DNA of 64,000 nucleotides from an uncultured Acidimicrobiia bacterium (lineage in GTDB: Bacteria > Actinomycetota > Acidimicrobiia > Spongiisociales > UBA11373): positions 18,296-82,295 of the forward strand of contig CAZWKX010000002.1 of the NCBI GenBank assembly GCA_964633975.1, given 5' to 3'. The notes under the pieces were generated by a model, which saw nothing but the letters and a program-made list of their open reading frames with translations, was not told the DNA's origin and did no database searches. Within the stretch, counting starts at the first letter, position 1. Each line of letters begins with the position of its first letter. A program made the translations under genes and the position numbers. Below, in pieces: positions 45,317-53,742 of the stretch.

Positions 45317-46471
45317 CTAGGTGCTGCGCAATCCGGCGACGCCGAACCGCACCGTCGCCCCGACCTCCATCTCGGCCAGTGCAGTCTCGGCGAGCAGGTA
45401 ACGTACCGAACCTCCATCGGCCCGGGCCTGCTCGGCCACGGCGTCGAAGAGATCGGGCACCGGCCGAGTCGCCATGCCGCAGGCGGCACAGCGCTCCCCG
45501 GATCGGGCCAGCCAGCCGCACTCGGTGCACTGCACGCCCGCCACGGTTTCCGCCGCATCGACAAGAAGCAGGTCGATGGCCTTCTGATTGGCTGCATCGA
45601 GCACCCTGTTGAGCCCCAGCACACCCCGGGCCCGCGAGCCCGCGGCGTTCAGCAGCTCGGCCACATGCTCTTCGTCGAGCCGTCGATCGTAGGTGGCGGC
45701 CACCTCCCGGCACCGATCCCTGATCTCGGTGGGCGTTGCAGCGCGCGGATCCACGACAAACGTCCCGGCCATGCGGGGCAGCAGATCCGGGGCCAGCTCG
45801 CCGACGAGGGCATCGATGTTGGCTTGGCTTCCTCCGACGGCGAGCAGGTCGAACGCCCCGTCGCGCCAAAGCTCGGCGAGCCGAGCCGCCGCGGAGCGAA
45901 ATAGGCGTCGCGCCACGGTCTTTGCGTGTGCCCGAACCCGGCGCTCGGCAAACCCCTCGAAACCCCCGAAGTTGTCCTTCCGCACTTCCTCCTCGGCCAG
46001 CACCTCCCACGATTCCAGGACGCCCATGTGGAAGCGATAGACAGAAGCGACGCGGCGGTCGATCACTACGGCGCAATATCGGTGGAAGCGGCTGAGCATC
46101 GCCTCCAGTGGCCCCAGATAGGGGGACACATCGACGATGGCCCTGTCACGTACACGCGCCGGCAGGCTCAAGTGCTCCCTGAGGCCGGCTCCGGAGCTCA
46201 GGAAGATGGCGGCGCCCCTTCCGAGGTCGACACCCACTCGACTGGCCATACCCAGGGCCTCATCGAGATCCCGGTGCAAGATCCGCACCTCGTCCTCCGG
46301 CACCTCGCCGGAGTCCAGTTGTTCCCGAAGCGGGTTCACCAGGGCCTTGAGCCTGGTGGTGATGGAACGAAGCTGATCGCGATCGGGCTCGAGGCCCAAG
46401 TAGACGGAGAGGACGGGTTGACCGGCGGTGTCGAAGTTGCGCAAACGATCGATGGTGCTCCGATCGAGCAA
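45317..46471 (-). CDS. eRF1-fold (baeRF / Vms1-like) protein with C-terminal zinc ribbon
   Basis: 384 aa; N-terminal PVLSVYLGLEPD, a central LLAVGGSQANIDAL (GGQ-like GSQ loop), and C-terminal CTECGWLARSGERCAACG. Assigned by pattern recognition only. Confidence 0.4.
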   Translation of the reverse strand: MLDRSTIDRLRNFDTAGQPVLSVYLGLEPDRDQLRSITTRLKALVNPLREQLDSGEVPEDEVRILHRDLDEALGMASRVGVDLGRGAAIFLSSGAGLREHLSLPARVRDRAIVDVSPYLGPLEAMLSRFHRYCAVVIDRRVASVYRFHMGVLESWEVLAEEEVRKDNFGGFEGFAERRVRAHAKTVARRLFRSAAARLAELWRDGAFDLLAVGGSQANIDALVGELAPDLLPRMAGTFVVDPRAATPTEIRDRCREVAATYDRRLDEEHVAELLNAAGSRARGVLGLNRVLDAANQKAIDLLLVDAAETVAGVQCTECGWLARSGERCAACGMATRPVPDLFDAVAEQARADGGSVRYLLAETALAEMEVGATVRFGVAGLRST

Positions 46472-46659
46472 CGCACCTCCTGCCTAGTTGCCCCGAGCCT
46501 ACGCCGCCCGTGGCGCTGCGCGGCGCCGGGCACCGGCACCGCTGACGGCCGCGCATTCTCGCCCCTCTACCCTTCTCAGACGAGGTCCCGTCGCCAAGGA
46601 CCTAAGGACCCTGCAGATCGAGCCCCGACCGTGCCAGGCTGAACGGCATCAACACGGAG

Positions 46660-47781
46660 GTGACCGCCGTGATCATCGGTGTCCCCGCCGAGATCAAGCC
46701 CGCCGAGTATCGCGTCGCTATGACCCCTGTCGGCGTACGCGAGCTCGCAGCCCACGGACACCACGTCGTCGTCGAGCATGGAGCCGGCGCGGCTTCGTCT
46801 ATTGGCGATGACGACTACCAGCGCGTGGGCGCCGAGATCGTCCCACGCGCCGCCGACGTCTTCGCCGCGGCCGACCTCATCGTGAAGGTCAAAGAGCCCC
46901 AGCCACCCGAGATCGCCCTCCTCGAGTCGCGACACACGATCTTCACGTATCTCCACCTCGCCGCATATGCCGATGAGGCCAAGGGCCTGGTCTCTTCGGG
47001 AGCCACCGCCATCGCCTACGAGACGGTGCAGCTCCCGAACGGTTCGCTGCCGCTGCTCGCCCCTATGAGTGAGATCGCCGGCCGCATCGCGGCCCAGGCC
47101 GGAGCCCACTACCTGGAGAGGCCCCACGGCGGCCGCGGGGTCCTGATGGGTGGAGTACCCGGCGTTCCTCCCGCTGAGGTCACCGTTCTCGGCGCAGGCA
47201 TGGCCGGCACGAACGCGGCGATGATCGCCGCCGGCATGGGGGCCCACGTCTCCATCCTGGATGTCAACGTCGATCGTCTCCGTCACCTCGACGAGCTCTC
47301 CTGGGGCCGCATCGTCACGGTGCGCTCCTCCATCCACGCCGTCGAGGAGCACGTGTCCAGGTCGGATCTGATCATTGGAGCAGTACTGATACCTGGAGCG
47401 CGGGCGCCCGTGCTCATAGAAGAGGACCTGGTCGCCACCATGCGGCCCGGCAGCGTCATCGTCGACATCTCCATCGACCAGGGTGGCTGCGTGGCGACAT
47501 CGCGGGAGACCACTCACCGTGAGCCGGTCTTCGTCGCCCACGACGTCGTGCACTACTGCGTGGGCAACATCCCCGGGGCCGTCCCCAACACGGCCACCTA
47601 TGCGCTCAGCAACGCCACGCTCCCCTACGTCGTCGCTCTCGCCGAAGGCGTGCCTGCCGCGGTGGCTGCACACCCCGAGCTGCTGGGAGGCCTGGAGGTC
47701 GTCCACGGCCACGTTACCCATCAAGCCGTTGCCGAAGCCCTCGGCACCGAATACACCGACCCGCTGGACCTGCTCTCCTAG
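46660..47781 (+). CDS. ald: Alanine dehydrogenase
   Basis: 373 aa MTAVIIGVPAEIKPAEYRVAMTPVGVREL.. with a Rossmann GAGMAGTNAAMIAAGMGA. Confidence 0.9.
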   Translation: MTAVIIGVPAEIKPAEYRVAMTPVGVRELAAHGHHVVVEHGAGAASSIGDDDYQRVGAEIVPRAADVFAAADLIVKVKEPQPPEIALLESRHTIFTYLHLAAYADEAKGLVSSGATAIAYETVQLPNGSLPLLAPMSEIAGRIAAQAGAHYLERPHGGRGVLMGGVPGVPPAEVTVLGAGMAGTNAAMIAAGMGAHVSILDVNVDRLRHLDELSWGRIVTVRSSIHAVEEHVSRSDLIIGAVLIPGARAPVLIEEDLVATMRPGSVIVDISIDQGGCVATSRETTHREPVFVAHDVVHYCVGNIPGAVPNTATYALSNATLPYVVALAEGVPAAVAAHPELLGGLEVVHGHVTHQAVAEALGTEYTDPLDLLS

Positions 47782-47808
47782 CCGGAGGGCCGGCCGGACC
47801 GCCTGTAG

Positions 47809-48033
47809 CTAGGCACGGGCCGCCTTCGATCGTGCCGCCGACTCCATTCGCTGGGCGTTGAGCCAATCCTCGAAGTCGCGCCGGGCGACACGCCACTCGC
47901 GGCCCATCTTGACCGCAGGAAGCTCACCGGAGCGCAGCGTCCGAGTCACCACGAAGGTCGACACCTCCATGTACTCGCATATGTCGGCGACCGACAGCCA
48001 CTCCTTGTCCAGATCCACCGAGATGCGCTCCAT
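47809..48033 (-). CDS. Small excisionase/MerR-superfamily HTH DNA-binding protein
   Basis: 74 aa MERISVDLDKEWLSVADICEYMEVSTFVVTRTLRSGELPAVKMGREWRVARRDFEDWL, a Xis-type winged HTH. The ORF-track N-extension is rejected. Confidence 0.6.
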   Translation of the reverse strand: MERISVDLDKEWLSVADICEYMEVSTFVVTRTLRSGELPAVKMGREWRVARRDFEDWLNAQRMESAARSKAARA

Positions 48034-48084
48034 AGCCCCAGAGTATGTTCGGCCGGGATCGCCGGCAAGGCCGACGTCGTACAC

Positions 48085-49134
48085 TTGACCGCCATCATGG
48101 CCCAGCAGAGACAAAAGAAGAGAAAGCGCAGCCGCCACGACCCGGCGCGCAAGGAGGCCGCCCGACGCCGCGAAGAAGCCCGCCGGCAGGCCGCCGAGGA
48201 GCGGCGCCGCCAGCAGGCCGCCGAGGAGCGGCGCAACAAGCTGAGAAGGCGGCTCCGACGCCTCGCACTCCCCACGCTCGCCACGATCGGCCTGTTTGTC
48301 GTCGCTCTCTACCTCTTTCGTCCTCCTCCCGAACTCGAGGGTGTGGTCAAGTTCACCGGCCCCGACGTCCTCATGTCCAGGCTGGGCTACGAAGGCGACT
48401 GGAACAGCATCGGCGCCGACCTGATCCCGGACCCGCAATGCGGGATCACCGACCAGGAACTGCCCGACATCGAGGCCTACGCGGCCATCTACAACGGATT
48501 CGTCACCCTGTGGTATCAGCCCGGCGGAGAAATCGGCGCTTCCGAGATCTGGGACGCCGTGTCCTCAATCTACGACCACAATCTGGTTGTCGCCCCAAAC
48601 ACGGCCATAACGACACCCGTTGCGGCGGCCTCTTGGCGCCGCCTGGGCGAGTACCAGAACACCGACGACCTCGCCGCCTTCGTCGAGACCTACCTGCAGC
48701 ACAAGAGTCCCGGAACCGACCGCTGCCTTGGCGAATTCGCCGAAGTGGACTCCGTCTTGGCCACCCTAGGCTACGAGGGTGACTGGGCCAGCATCGATCC
48801 CGCTGCCCTCCCCGACCCGGCGTGCGGGCGACTCGACGCACCGATCTCCGGGGCCGAGGCCTACTCAGCGCTCTACAACGGCGCCGTCGTCCTATGGCAC
48901 CGAAGCGATGACGAGAGCACCGCCGGCCACCTCGTCGAGGCCGCCTCGTCCTACGACTCCCAGGTGCTCGTCGTTCCCGACGACACCATGGCGGGGCCCA
49001 TCCTGGCCGCCGCATGGGACCGGCTCATGGTTCTCGAGACGACCGACCGAATAGCCGCCTTTATAGATGCCTTCCGGGGCCGGGGCCCCGGGAATGCAGA
49101 GTGTCCCACCAACTTCACCGGACAAGGCGGATGA
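48085..49134 (+). CDS. Membrane-anchored protein with two tandem DUF3105-like domains
   Basis: Charged K/R/E-rich N-terminus and one TM helix (LALPTLATIGLFVVALYLF). It then repeats two ~105-aa modules (LGYEGDWNSIGADLIPDPQCG..NGFVTLWYQP.. / LGYEGDWASIDPAALPDPACG..NGAVVLWHRS..). Confidence 0.6.
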   Translation: MTAIMAQQRQKKRKRSRHDPARKEAARRREEARRQAAEERRRQQAAEERRNKLRRRLRRLALPTLATIGLFVVALYLFRPPPELEGVVKFTGPDVLMSRLGYEGDWNSIGADLIPDPQCGITDQELPDIEAYAAIYNGFVTLWYQPGGEIGASEIWDAVSSIYDHNLVVAPNTAITTPVAAASWRRLGEYQNTDDLAAFVETYLQHKSPGTDRCLGEFAEVDSVLATLGYEGDWASIDPAALPDPACGRLDAPISGAEAYSALYNGAVVLWHRSDDESTAGHLVEAASSYDSQVLVVPDDTMAGPILAAAWDRLMVLETTDRIAAFIDAFRGRGPGNAECPTNFTGQGG

Positions 49135-49222
49135 CCACGTCGGGGCTTCCCAAACCATGGGCGTTCGAGACGTCTCGCCGCGCGGGCACGCCGCGAGACG
49201 ACGAGGCCGAGAGGCCCGGCTC

Positions 49223-49426
49223 ATGATGCGCAAACCTCCGAAGGGCGTGCAGCTCGTCATCGTGGCCGCGGCGTGGGCCGCCATCGCCGCACTCCTCGTG
49301 TTCGTCCAGTGGGACCTGGAGAGGCGCCAAGACACCGACATCAGAGGCCGCAAGGACGTGTGGAAAAGGGTCGCCATGGTGCCTCCGGGCGCCGTCGCCT
49401 ACCTCCTGCTCGGGCGGCGCCGCTGA
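49223..49426 (+). CDS. Small PLDc_N-domain membrane protein
   Basis: 67 aa MMRKPPKGVQLVIVAAAWAAIAALLVFVQWDLERRQDTDIRGRKDVWKRVAMVPPGAVAYLLLGRRR fits the PLD-nuclease N-terminal (PF13396) two-TM pattern with C-terminal YLxxGR. GAGAGG RBS. Confidence 0.55.
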   Translation: MMRKPPKGVQLVIVAAAWAAIAALLVFVQWDLERRQDTDIRGRKDVWKRVAMVPPGAVAYLLLGRRR

Positions 49427-49434
49427 GAACCCGC

Positions 49435-49453
49435 AAAAGCCCTCAAGGGTTTT
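49435..49453 (+). terminator. Rho-independent terminator
   Basis: AAAGCCCU-CAAG-GGGUUUU followed by UUUUGUG, 9 nt after the PLDc_N stop. Confidence 0.6.
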
Positions 49454-49455
49454 GT

Positions 49456-49477
49456 GACTAGTGCCGAAGCACTAGTC
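49456..49477. promoter_or_regulatory. Perfect 9-bp inverted repeat GACTAGTGC-CGAA-GCACTAGTC (candidate operator or second hairpin)
   Basis: Seen directly in the sequence; it contains two ACTAGT sites, which are rare in this GC-rich sequence. It lies 12 nt upstream of the GGDEF gene start. Confidence 0.4.
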
Positions 49478-49488
49478 AGGTGAATCAC

Positions 49489-50460
49489 ATGCATGGAATT
49501 GTCCGGTCCTTCCAGAGGCCCGCCGGCGACGGAACGCTCGTGCGTATCCGCCTCTTCCGGCGCAGCCCTCACCTGGCGCCGACGGTCCTGGCCGCCGGGC
49601 TCTTCCTCGCCATCGCCTACATCGAATGCTGGGTGATGGGCCCCGAGGTATCGGCCTCTCTCCTCTTCGTCCTCGCCGTGCTCGCCGTCACCTGGGTGGG
49701 CAGCTGGTACCACGGAGCGCTTCTGGCCCTGCTGGCGGCCCTCGAGAGCCTTTTCGGGCAGCTCCTGCTGCACCCGCACACGGCGGTCGCCACATTGCCC
49801 AACGTGTGGAACTCACTCACACGCCTCCTCGTGCTCACCATGGTCGCCCTGCTCCTCGGGTCGCTGCGCCAGTCTCTCCACCAGCAGCGCCGCCTCGCCG
49901 CTACAGACCCGCTGACCCGAGCCCTCAACCGCCGAGCCTTCCAGATCGCCGCCGATCGCGAGCGGCTCCGCGCCGCGCGCAGTGGATGTCCGCTCAGCAT
50001 CGCCTACCTCGACCTCGACGACTTCAAGGGTTTCAACGACCGTCACGGCCACAAGACCGGCGATCGCATCCTCCAGTCCTTTGCCCAAGCGGTACGAGCT
50101 TCGATCCGGGCCACCGACCTCTTCTGCCGCATCGGCGGCGACGAATTCGTGGTGTTCTTCCCCGACACCGAAGCCACCGCCGCGGCCGGCGTGGTCAACC
50201 GAATCCGTCAGGCGATAGTCAACGGATGTTGCGAGATCGACGACCGCGTCACGCTCTCCGCAGGCATCGCCACCTACCACTATCCACCCACCACCGTCGA
50301 TGTGATGGTCGAGACCGCCGACCAGCTCATGTATCGGGCCAAGAACTCCGGGCGGGATCGAGTGGCCGGCGCCGTCGTGGCCGGGCCATGGGTGCGCTGG
50401 GCCAGCGACTCTGCCAAGCCGGACCCGCGCTCGCTGGAGGCGGTGCCATCCGGGCGGTAG
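49489..50460 (+). CDS. Membrane-anchored GGDEF diguanylate cyclase
   Basis: N-terminal 4-5 TM segments, then RALNRRAF..SIAYLDLDDFKGFNDRHGH..RIGGDEFVV (GGDEF). ATG 49489 has an AGGTGA RBS; a GTG at 49480 is an alternative start. Confidence 0.8.
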   Translation: MHGIVRSFQRPAGDGTLVRIRLFRRSPHLAPTVLAAGLFLAIAYIECWVMGPEVSASLLFVLAVLAVTWVGSWYHGALLALLAALESLFGQLLLHPHTAVATLPNVWNSLTRLLVLTMVALLLGSLRQSLHQQRRLAATDPLTRALNRRAFQIAADRERLRAARSGCPLSIAYLDLDDFKGFNDRHGHKTGDRILQSFAQAVRASIRATDLFCRIGGDEFVVFFPDTEATAAAGVVNRIRQAIVNGCCEIDDRVTLSAGIATYHYPPTTVDVMVETADQLMYRAKNSGRDRVAGAVVAGPWVRWASDSAKPDPRSLEAVPSGR

Positions 50461-50617
50461 GAGCCCCCGCAGCCTCGCGAAAAGCTCTTCGCCACATCCC
50501 TCTTGAGCCGGCCGGCCGCGGCTGGTAGCTAGACGGTGACCCGCAACCGGAGAGTGAGCCCTGGATCCGCCGCCCCATCCCGACCTGGCCGTACTCGGCC
50601 GGCGCCTGCGCCGGCAG

Positions 50618-50863
50618 ATGGACGAGACCCTCGAAGCCGAGATCGACGCGGCAAGGGCAGCGGCCCGCCGCCGCCGCACGCTGCGCCACGTGCTCATCTG
50701 CCTCGAGGATCGCGCCGATACCGTCGTCGTCCACACTTCCACGGGCCGATCTGTATGCGGCATCGTCACCGCCGTCGGAGTGGACCACGTCGAGTTCCTC
50801 ACCGGTGAGCGACTCTGCTATCTGGCCCTGGACCACGTCGTCGCCGTCGACACTCGATGCTGA
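50618..50863 (+). CDS. Hypothetical small protein (81 aa)
   Basis: Clean ORF with genome-typical codon bias; no recognisable family. Confidence 0.3.
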   Translation: MDETLEAEIDAARAAARRRRTLRHVLICLEDRADTVVVHTSTGRSVCGIVTAVGVDHVEFLTGERLCYLALDHVVAVDTRC

Positions 50864-51995
50864 AGCCCGTCGGAGCATCGTGATACCGCGGCTGGCCACC
50901 GTTCTGTCGGCCCGCGAATGGGAAGGCGCCCTGGTCGCTCTTGCCAGAGAGACGGCAGAGGTACGTGTCGTCCTGCGCGCCCACCACCCCGAGGAGCTGG
51001 AGAGCCAGGCGGGCCGAATCGACGTTGTGGCCGCCGGTACAGAGACCCCCTGGCTCACCCCGGCCCGCATCTCCTGCTGGAGGCGCCTCGGCATGCAGGT
51101 CATCGGCATGTACCCGGCGGGCGACCGTCCGGCCCGTTCCCGCCTCCTGGCCGCCGGCGTAGAAGAGCTCTTCCCCGACATCACACCCGCAACCAAGGTG
51201 CTCCGTTCGGCACGCCTCATGGGGGCCGCCCGTGTTCAGGCCCTGTCCGATTCGACGACGATCGTGGTGAGCGGACCGAGAGGAGCGCCTGGCCGCACGG
51301 AGACGGCATTCGCCATCGCCTGGGCCGCAGCGACGGACCGCTCCACCCTGCTCCTCGATCTGGACCTCGAGGCACCGTCGCTGGCCATCCGCACCGGGCG
51401 AGCGCCCAGGCCCGACATAGCCGACGCCTGCGACGCCGTTGCACAGGGCGGCCGCCTACCCGCCTGGGCCACACGACGACTCGGCCCGCTTGGACTCATT
51501 GTCGGCTCGCACCGCCGCCCCGACGACACGGTGGCGCCGTACGCCGCCGCAGACCTGGTCGAGGCGGCTCGCGCCTCCTACGCCGCCATCGTCGTCGACG
51601 GCGGACCCGCCCCGCCTACCGGCATCCTGCGAAGCGCCGACCACATGGTCCTCGTCGTCGGCGGCAGCCCGAACGGCCTGGTACGTGCCGCACATCTGGT
51701 CGACGGCTGGCCCTGGTCGACTCCGCTGCTCGTCCTCAACCGAGTCCCGCCCGGCGGCGAAGCCGACGCCCTTGCTGCGGCGCGCCACTGCCTGGGGCTG
51801 GAGCCGGCCGCCGTGGTGAACGAACTCCCCGAGATCGCCGTCGCCTCCCGCCGCCCCGCCCCGCCGCACCGAACGCTGGTCGACGCGGCTCGGCAAGTGC
51901 TCGATCTGCTCGATTGGCCTCCGTACCCTGCGCGGCCTCTTGTCTCAGACGGCCACGTCGCGCCGCTCGAAGAGGAGATCCCCCGCCGCGACTAG
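50805..51995 (+). CDS. CpaE/TadZ(Ssd)-like MinD-family protein with degenerate Walker A (probable pseudo-ATPase) and N-terminal receiver-like domain
   Basis: TIVVSGPRGAPGRTETAFAIAWAAA..TLLLDLDLEAPSLA is collinear with the CpaE deviant Walker A (KGGVGKTT) but has K->R and other substitutions. The N-terminal ~130 aa looks like an atypical receiver. The start is uncertain (ATG 50805 or GTG ~50878). Confidence 0.5.
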   Translation: MSDSAIWPWTTSSPSTLDAEARRSIVIPRLATVLSAREWEGALVALARETAEVRVVLRAHHPEELESQAGRIDVVAAGTETPWLTPARISCWRRLGMQVIGMYPAGDRPARSRLLAAGVEELFPDITPATKVLRSARLMGAARVQALSDSTTIVVSGPRGAPGRTETAFAIAWAAATDRSTLLLDLDLEAPSLAIRTGRAPRPDIADACDAVAQGGRLPAWATRRLGPLGLIVGSHRRPDDTVAPYAAADLVEAARASYAAIVVDGGPAPPTGILRSADHMVLVVGGSPNGLVRAAHLVDGWPWSTPLLVLNRVPPGGEADALAAARHCLGLEPAAVVNELPEIAVASRRPAPPHRTLVDAARQVLDLLDWPPYPARPLVSDGHVAPLEEEIPRRD

Positions 51996-52751
51996 CCCAA
52001 CGGCCATGGCCGCCAGAGCCCCGGCGTGGGCCCACTCGATGCCGTTGCGCACCGGCTGCGCCGCCCCGTAGTAGTACCAGGGGAGGTACTTCTGCGCTGT
52101 ACCGAGCGACGGAACGAGATCGGCGAGCGACGACAGCAAGAATGCAGCGAGGGCCAGGGCCGATGCAGCACCGATGGCGATGCCTCGGCTCCCGGTGGCC
52201 GACCCCACCGCGAGGGCGAGGGACCCGAAGACGAGTGCAAGCAGCACGCTGCTGAGCGTGGCCCCGGCCAGGTTCGCCGCGGCCACCTGCATGTTGAACG
52301 CACGCCCGGCGCCGAGCAGAGCCAGGAACATGACTACTCCGAGGCCGGTGGTGAGCGTCACCATGGCACCCAGCTCCTGGAGCAGGACCGAGCGCCTGGT
52401 GATGGGCCCCGACAAGAGCAGGTCGAGCGTGCCGCTCTCCTCCTCCCCGGCGACGGCCTGGGCCCCCATACCCACGGCGAAGATGAGCAGCAGCAGTGGA
52501 CCCAGGAAGGAGAAGACCTCCGCTTGGAGGAAGCCGCCACCGGTGCCGAAGCTGAAGTCCCCCGACATGCCGATCATCGACTTGAAGAAGTCCGGGTAGC
52601 TCTCCATCAGCTTGTCGAAATCGGCTGCGTTGTCTCTAACCGTCGGAAAGACGCTCCCGATCATGAGCAGATAGAGGAACGTGCCGCCCGCCCACCAGGC
52701 CACGGCCCGGCGCCGCATCCACATCGTGGCGGCAAAGACGTTACGCAGCAT
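51945..52751 (-). CDS. ABC-2 family transporter permease
   Basis: 268 aa, 6 TM helices, ABC-2 type; co-operonic with the ATPase gene upstream. Confidence 0.75.
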   Translation of the reverse strand: MLRNVFAATMWMRRRAVAWWAGGTFLYLLMIGSVFPTVRDNAADFDKLMESYPDFFKSMIGMSGDFSFGTGGGFLQAEVFSFLGPLLLLIFAVGMGAQAVAGEEESGTLDLLLSGPITRRSVLLQELGAMVTLTTGLGVVMFLALLGAGRAFNMQVAAANLAGATLSSVLLALVFGSLALAVGSATGSRGIAIGAASALALAAFLLSSLADLVPSLGTAQKYLPWYYYGAAQPVRNGIEWAHAGALAAMAVGLVAAGDLLFERRDVAV

Positions 52752-53640
52752 CGTCGATCCCCTCGTAGTAGCGGATGAACAGCTCTTCCAGGTCGGCCTC
52801 GTGTGTCACGACGTGCTCCACGTCGAAGCGCGCCGCCGCCTTGATCAGCGCGTCGACGGACCCCGACACGGTGCAGGAGAGCAGCCCGTCTTCCACAACC
52901 ACATCGGCGACGTTGGGCAGGGAGGCGAAGCTCTCCGGCGGCACCGGCCCGGAGAAGCGGATCTCGATGCGCCGCAGCGCCTTCTCCTTGAGGCTGGAGA
53001 GACTCTCCACGACGACCAAACGTCCCTCGCGGATGATCCCAATCCGGTCGGCGATGCGCTCCACTTCCGACAGAACGTGGGACGAGAGGAAGACGGTGCG
53101 GCCTTCCTCCTTCGCCTGCCTCGCCAGGCGATAGAACTCCCGCTGCACAAGGGGGTCGAGACCCGACGTGGGCTCGTCGAGCATGAGAAGCCGAGGGCTG
53201 TGCATCAAGGCCTGCACCAGCCCGACTTTCTGCTTGTTTCCTCGCGAGAGGTCCTTCACCCTACGATCGAGATCCAGGTCGAGGCGCTCGGCTATCTCCT
53301 CGGCCGGCGCCAGGCTCTCCATCTCCCACTCATGAGACAGGTAGCTGAGGAGCTGACGTCCGGTCATCTGGTTCCAAAGCGCCAGCTCGCCGGGCAGATA
53401 GCCGATCTGGCGGCGCACCGCCGGGCCGTCGACGAAGGGATCGAGACCCAAGACCTCGGCACGCCCGCGGGTAGGTCGGATCAGGTCGAGCAGCAGACGG
53501 ATCGTCGTGGTCTTGCCGGCACCGTTGGGTCCCAGGTACCCGAAGATCTCGCCGGGCCGCACTTCGAGGTCGAGATCGACCACTCCCCGCACCTTGCCGT
53601 AGTACTTGGTCAAACCCTCGAGGCGTATGACGGCCTCCAT
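52741..53640 (-). CDS. ABC transporter ATP-binding protein (ABC-2/DrrA-like)
   Basis: GPNGAGKTT Walker A, LSRGNKQKV signature, LLMLDEPTSGLD Walker B. The start may be 53670. Confidence 0.9.
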   Translation of the reverse strand: MEAVIRLEGLTKYYGKVRGVVDLDLEVRPGEIFGYLGPNGAGKTTTIRLLLDLIRPTRGRAEVLGLDPFVDGPAVRRQIGYLPGELALWNQMTGRQLLSYLSHEWEMESLAPAEEIAERLDLDLDRRVKDLSRGNKQKVGLVQALMHSPRLLMLDEPTSGLDPLVQREFYRLARQAKEEGRTVFLSSHVLSEVERIADRIGIIREGRLVVVESLSSLKEKALRRIEIRFSGPVPPESFASLPNVADVVVEDGLLSCTVSGSVDALIKAAARFDVEHVVTHEADLEELFIRYYEGIDDAA

Positions 53641-53742
53641 CACGCCTCCTTCCTCTTCCGCCGTTCCCATGGAACACGCTTCGCCCGGCCGGGGCGTCGT
53701 CCAGACCCGCAGAGCCTAGAGCAAGCGCCCGAAGCCTCGTCT

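Noticed and set aside
45231-46076. 281-aa minus-strand ORF and several 100-150-aa Arg-rich ORFs in 45.2-46.6 kb
   Set aside because: Alternative-frame shadows of the baeRF-like gene, which carries the recognisable motifs.
50918-52255. 445-aa plus-strand ORF (RRPGRS.. Arg/Pro-rich)
   Set aside because: Out-of-frame overlap of the CpaE-like gene and antisense to the ABC permease gene. Composition is diagnostic of a GC-rich frame artefact.
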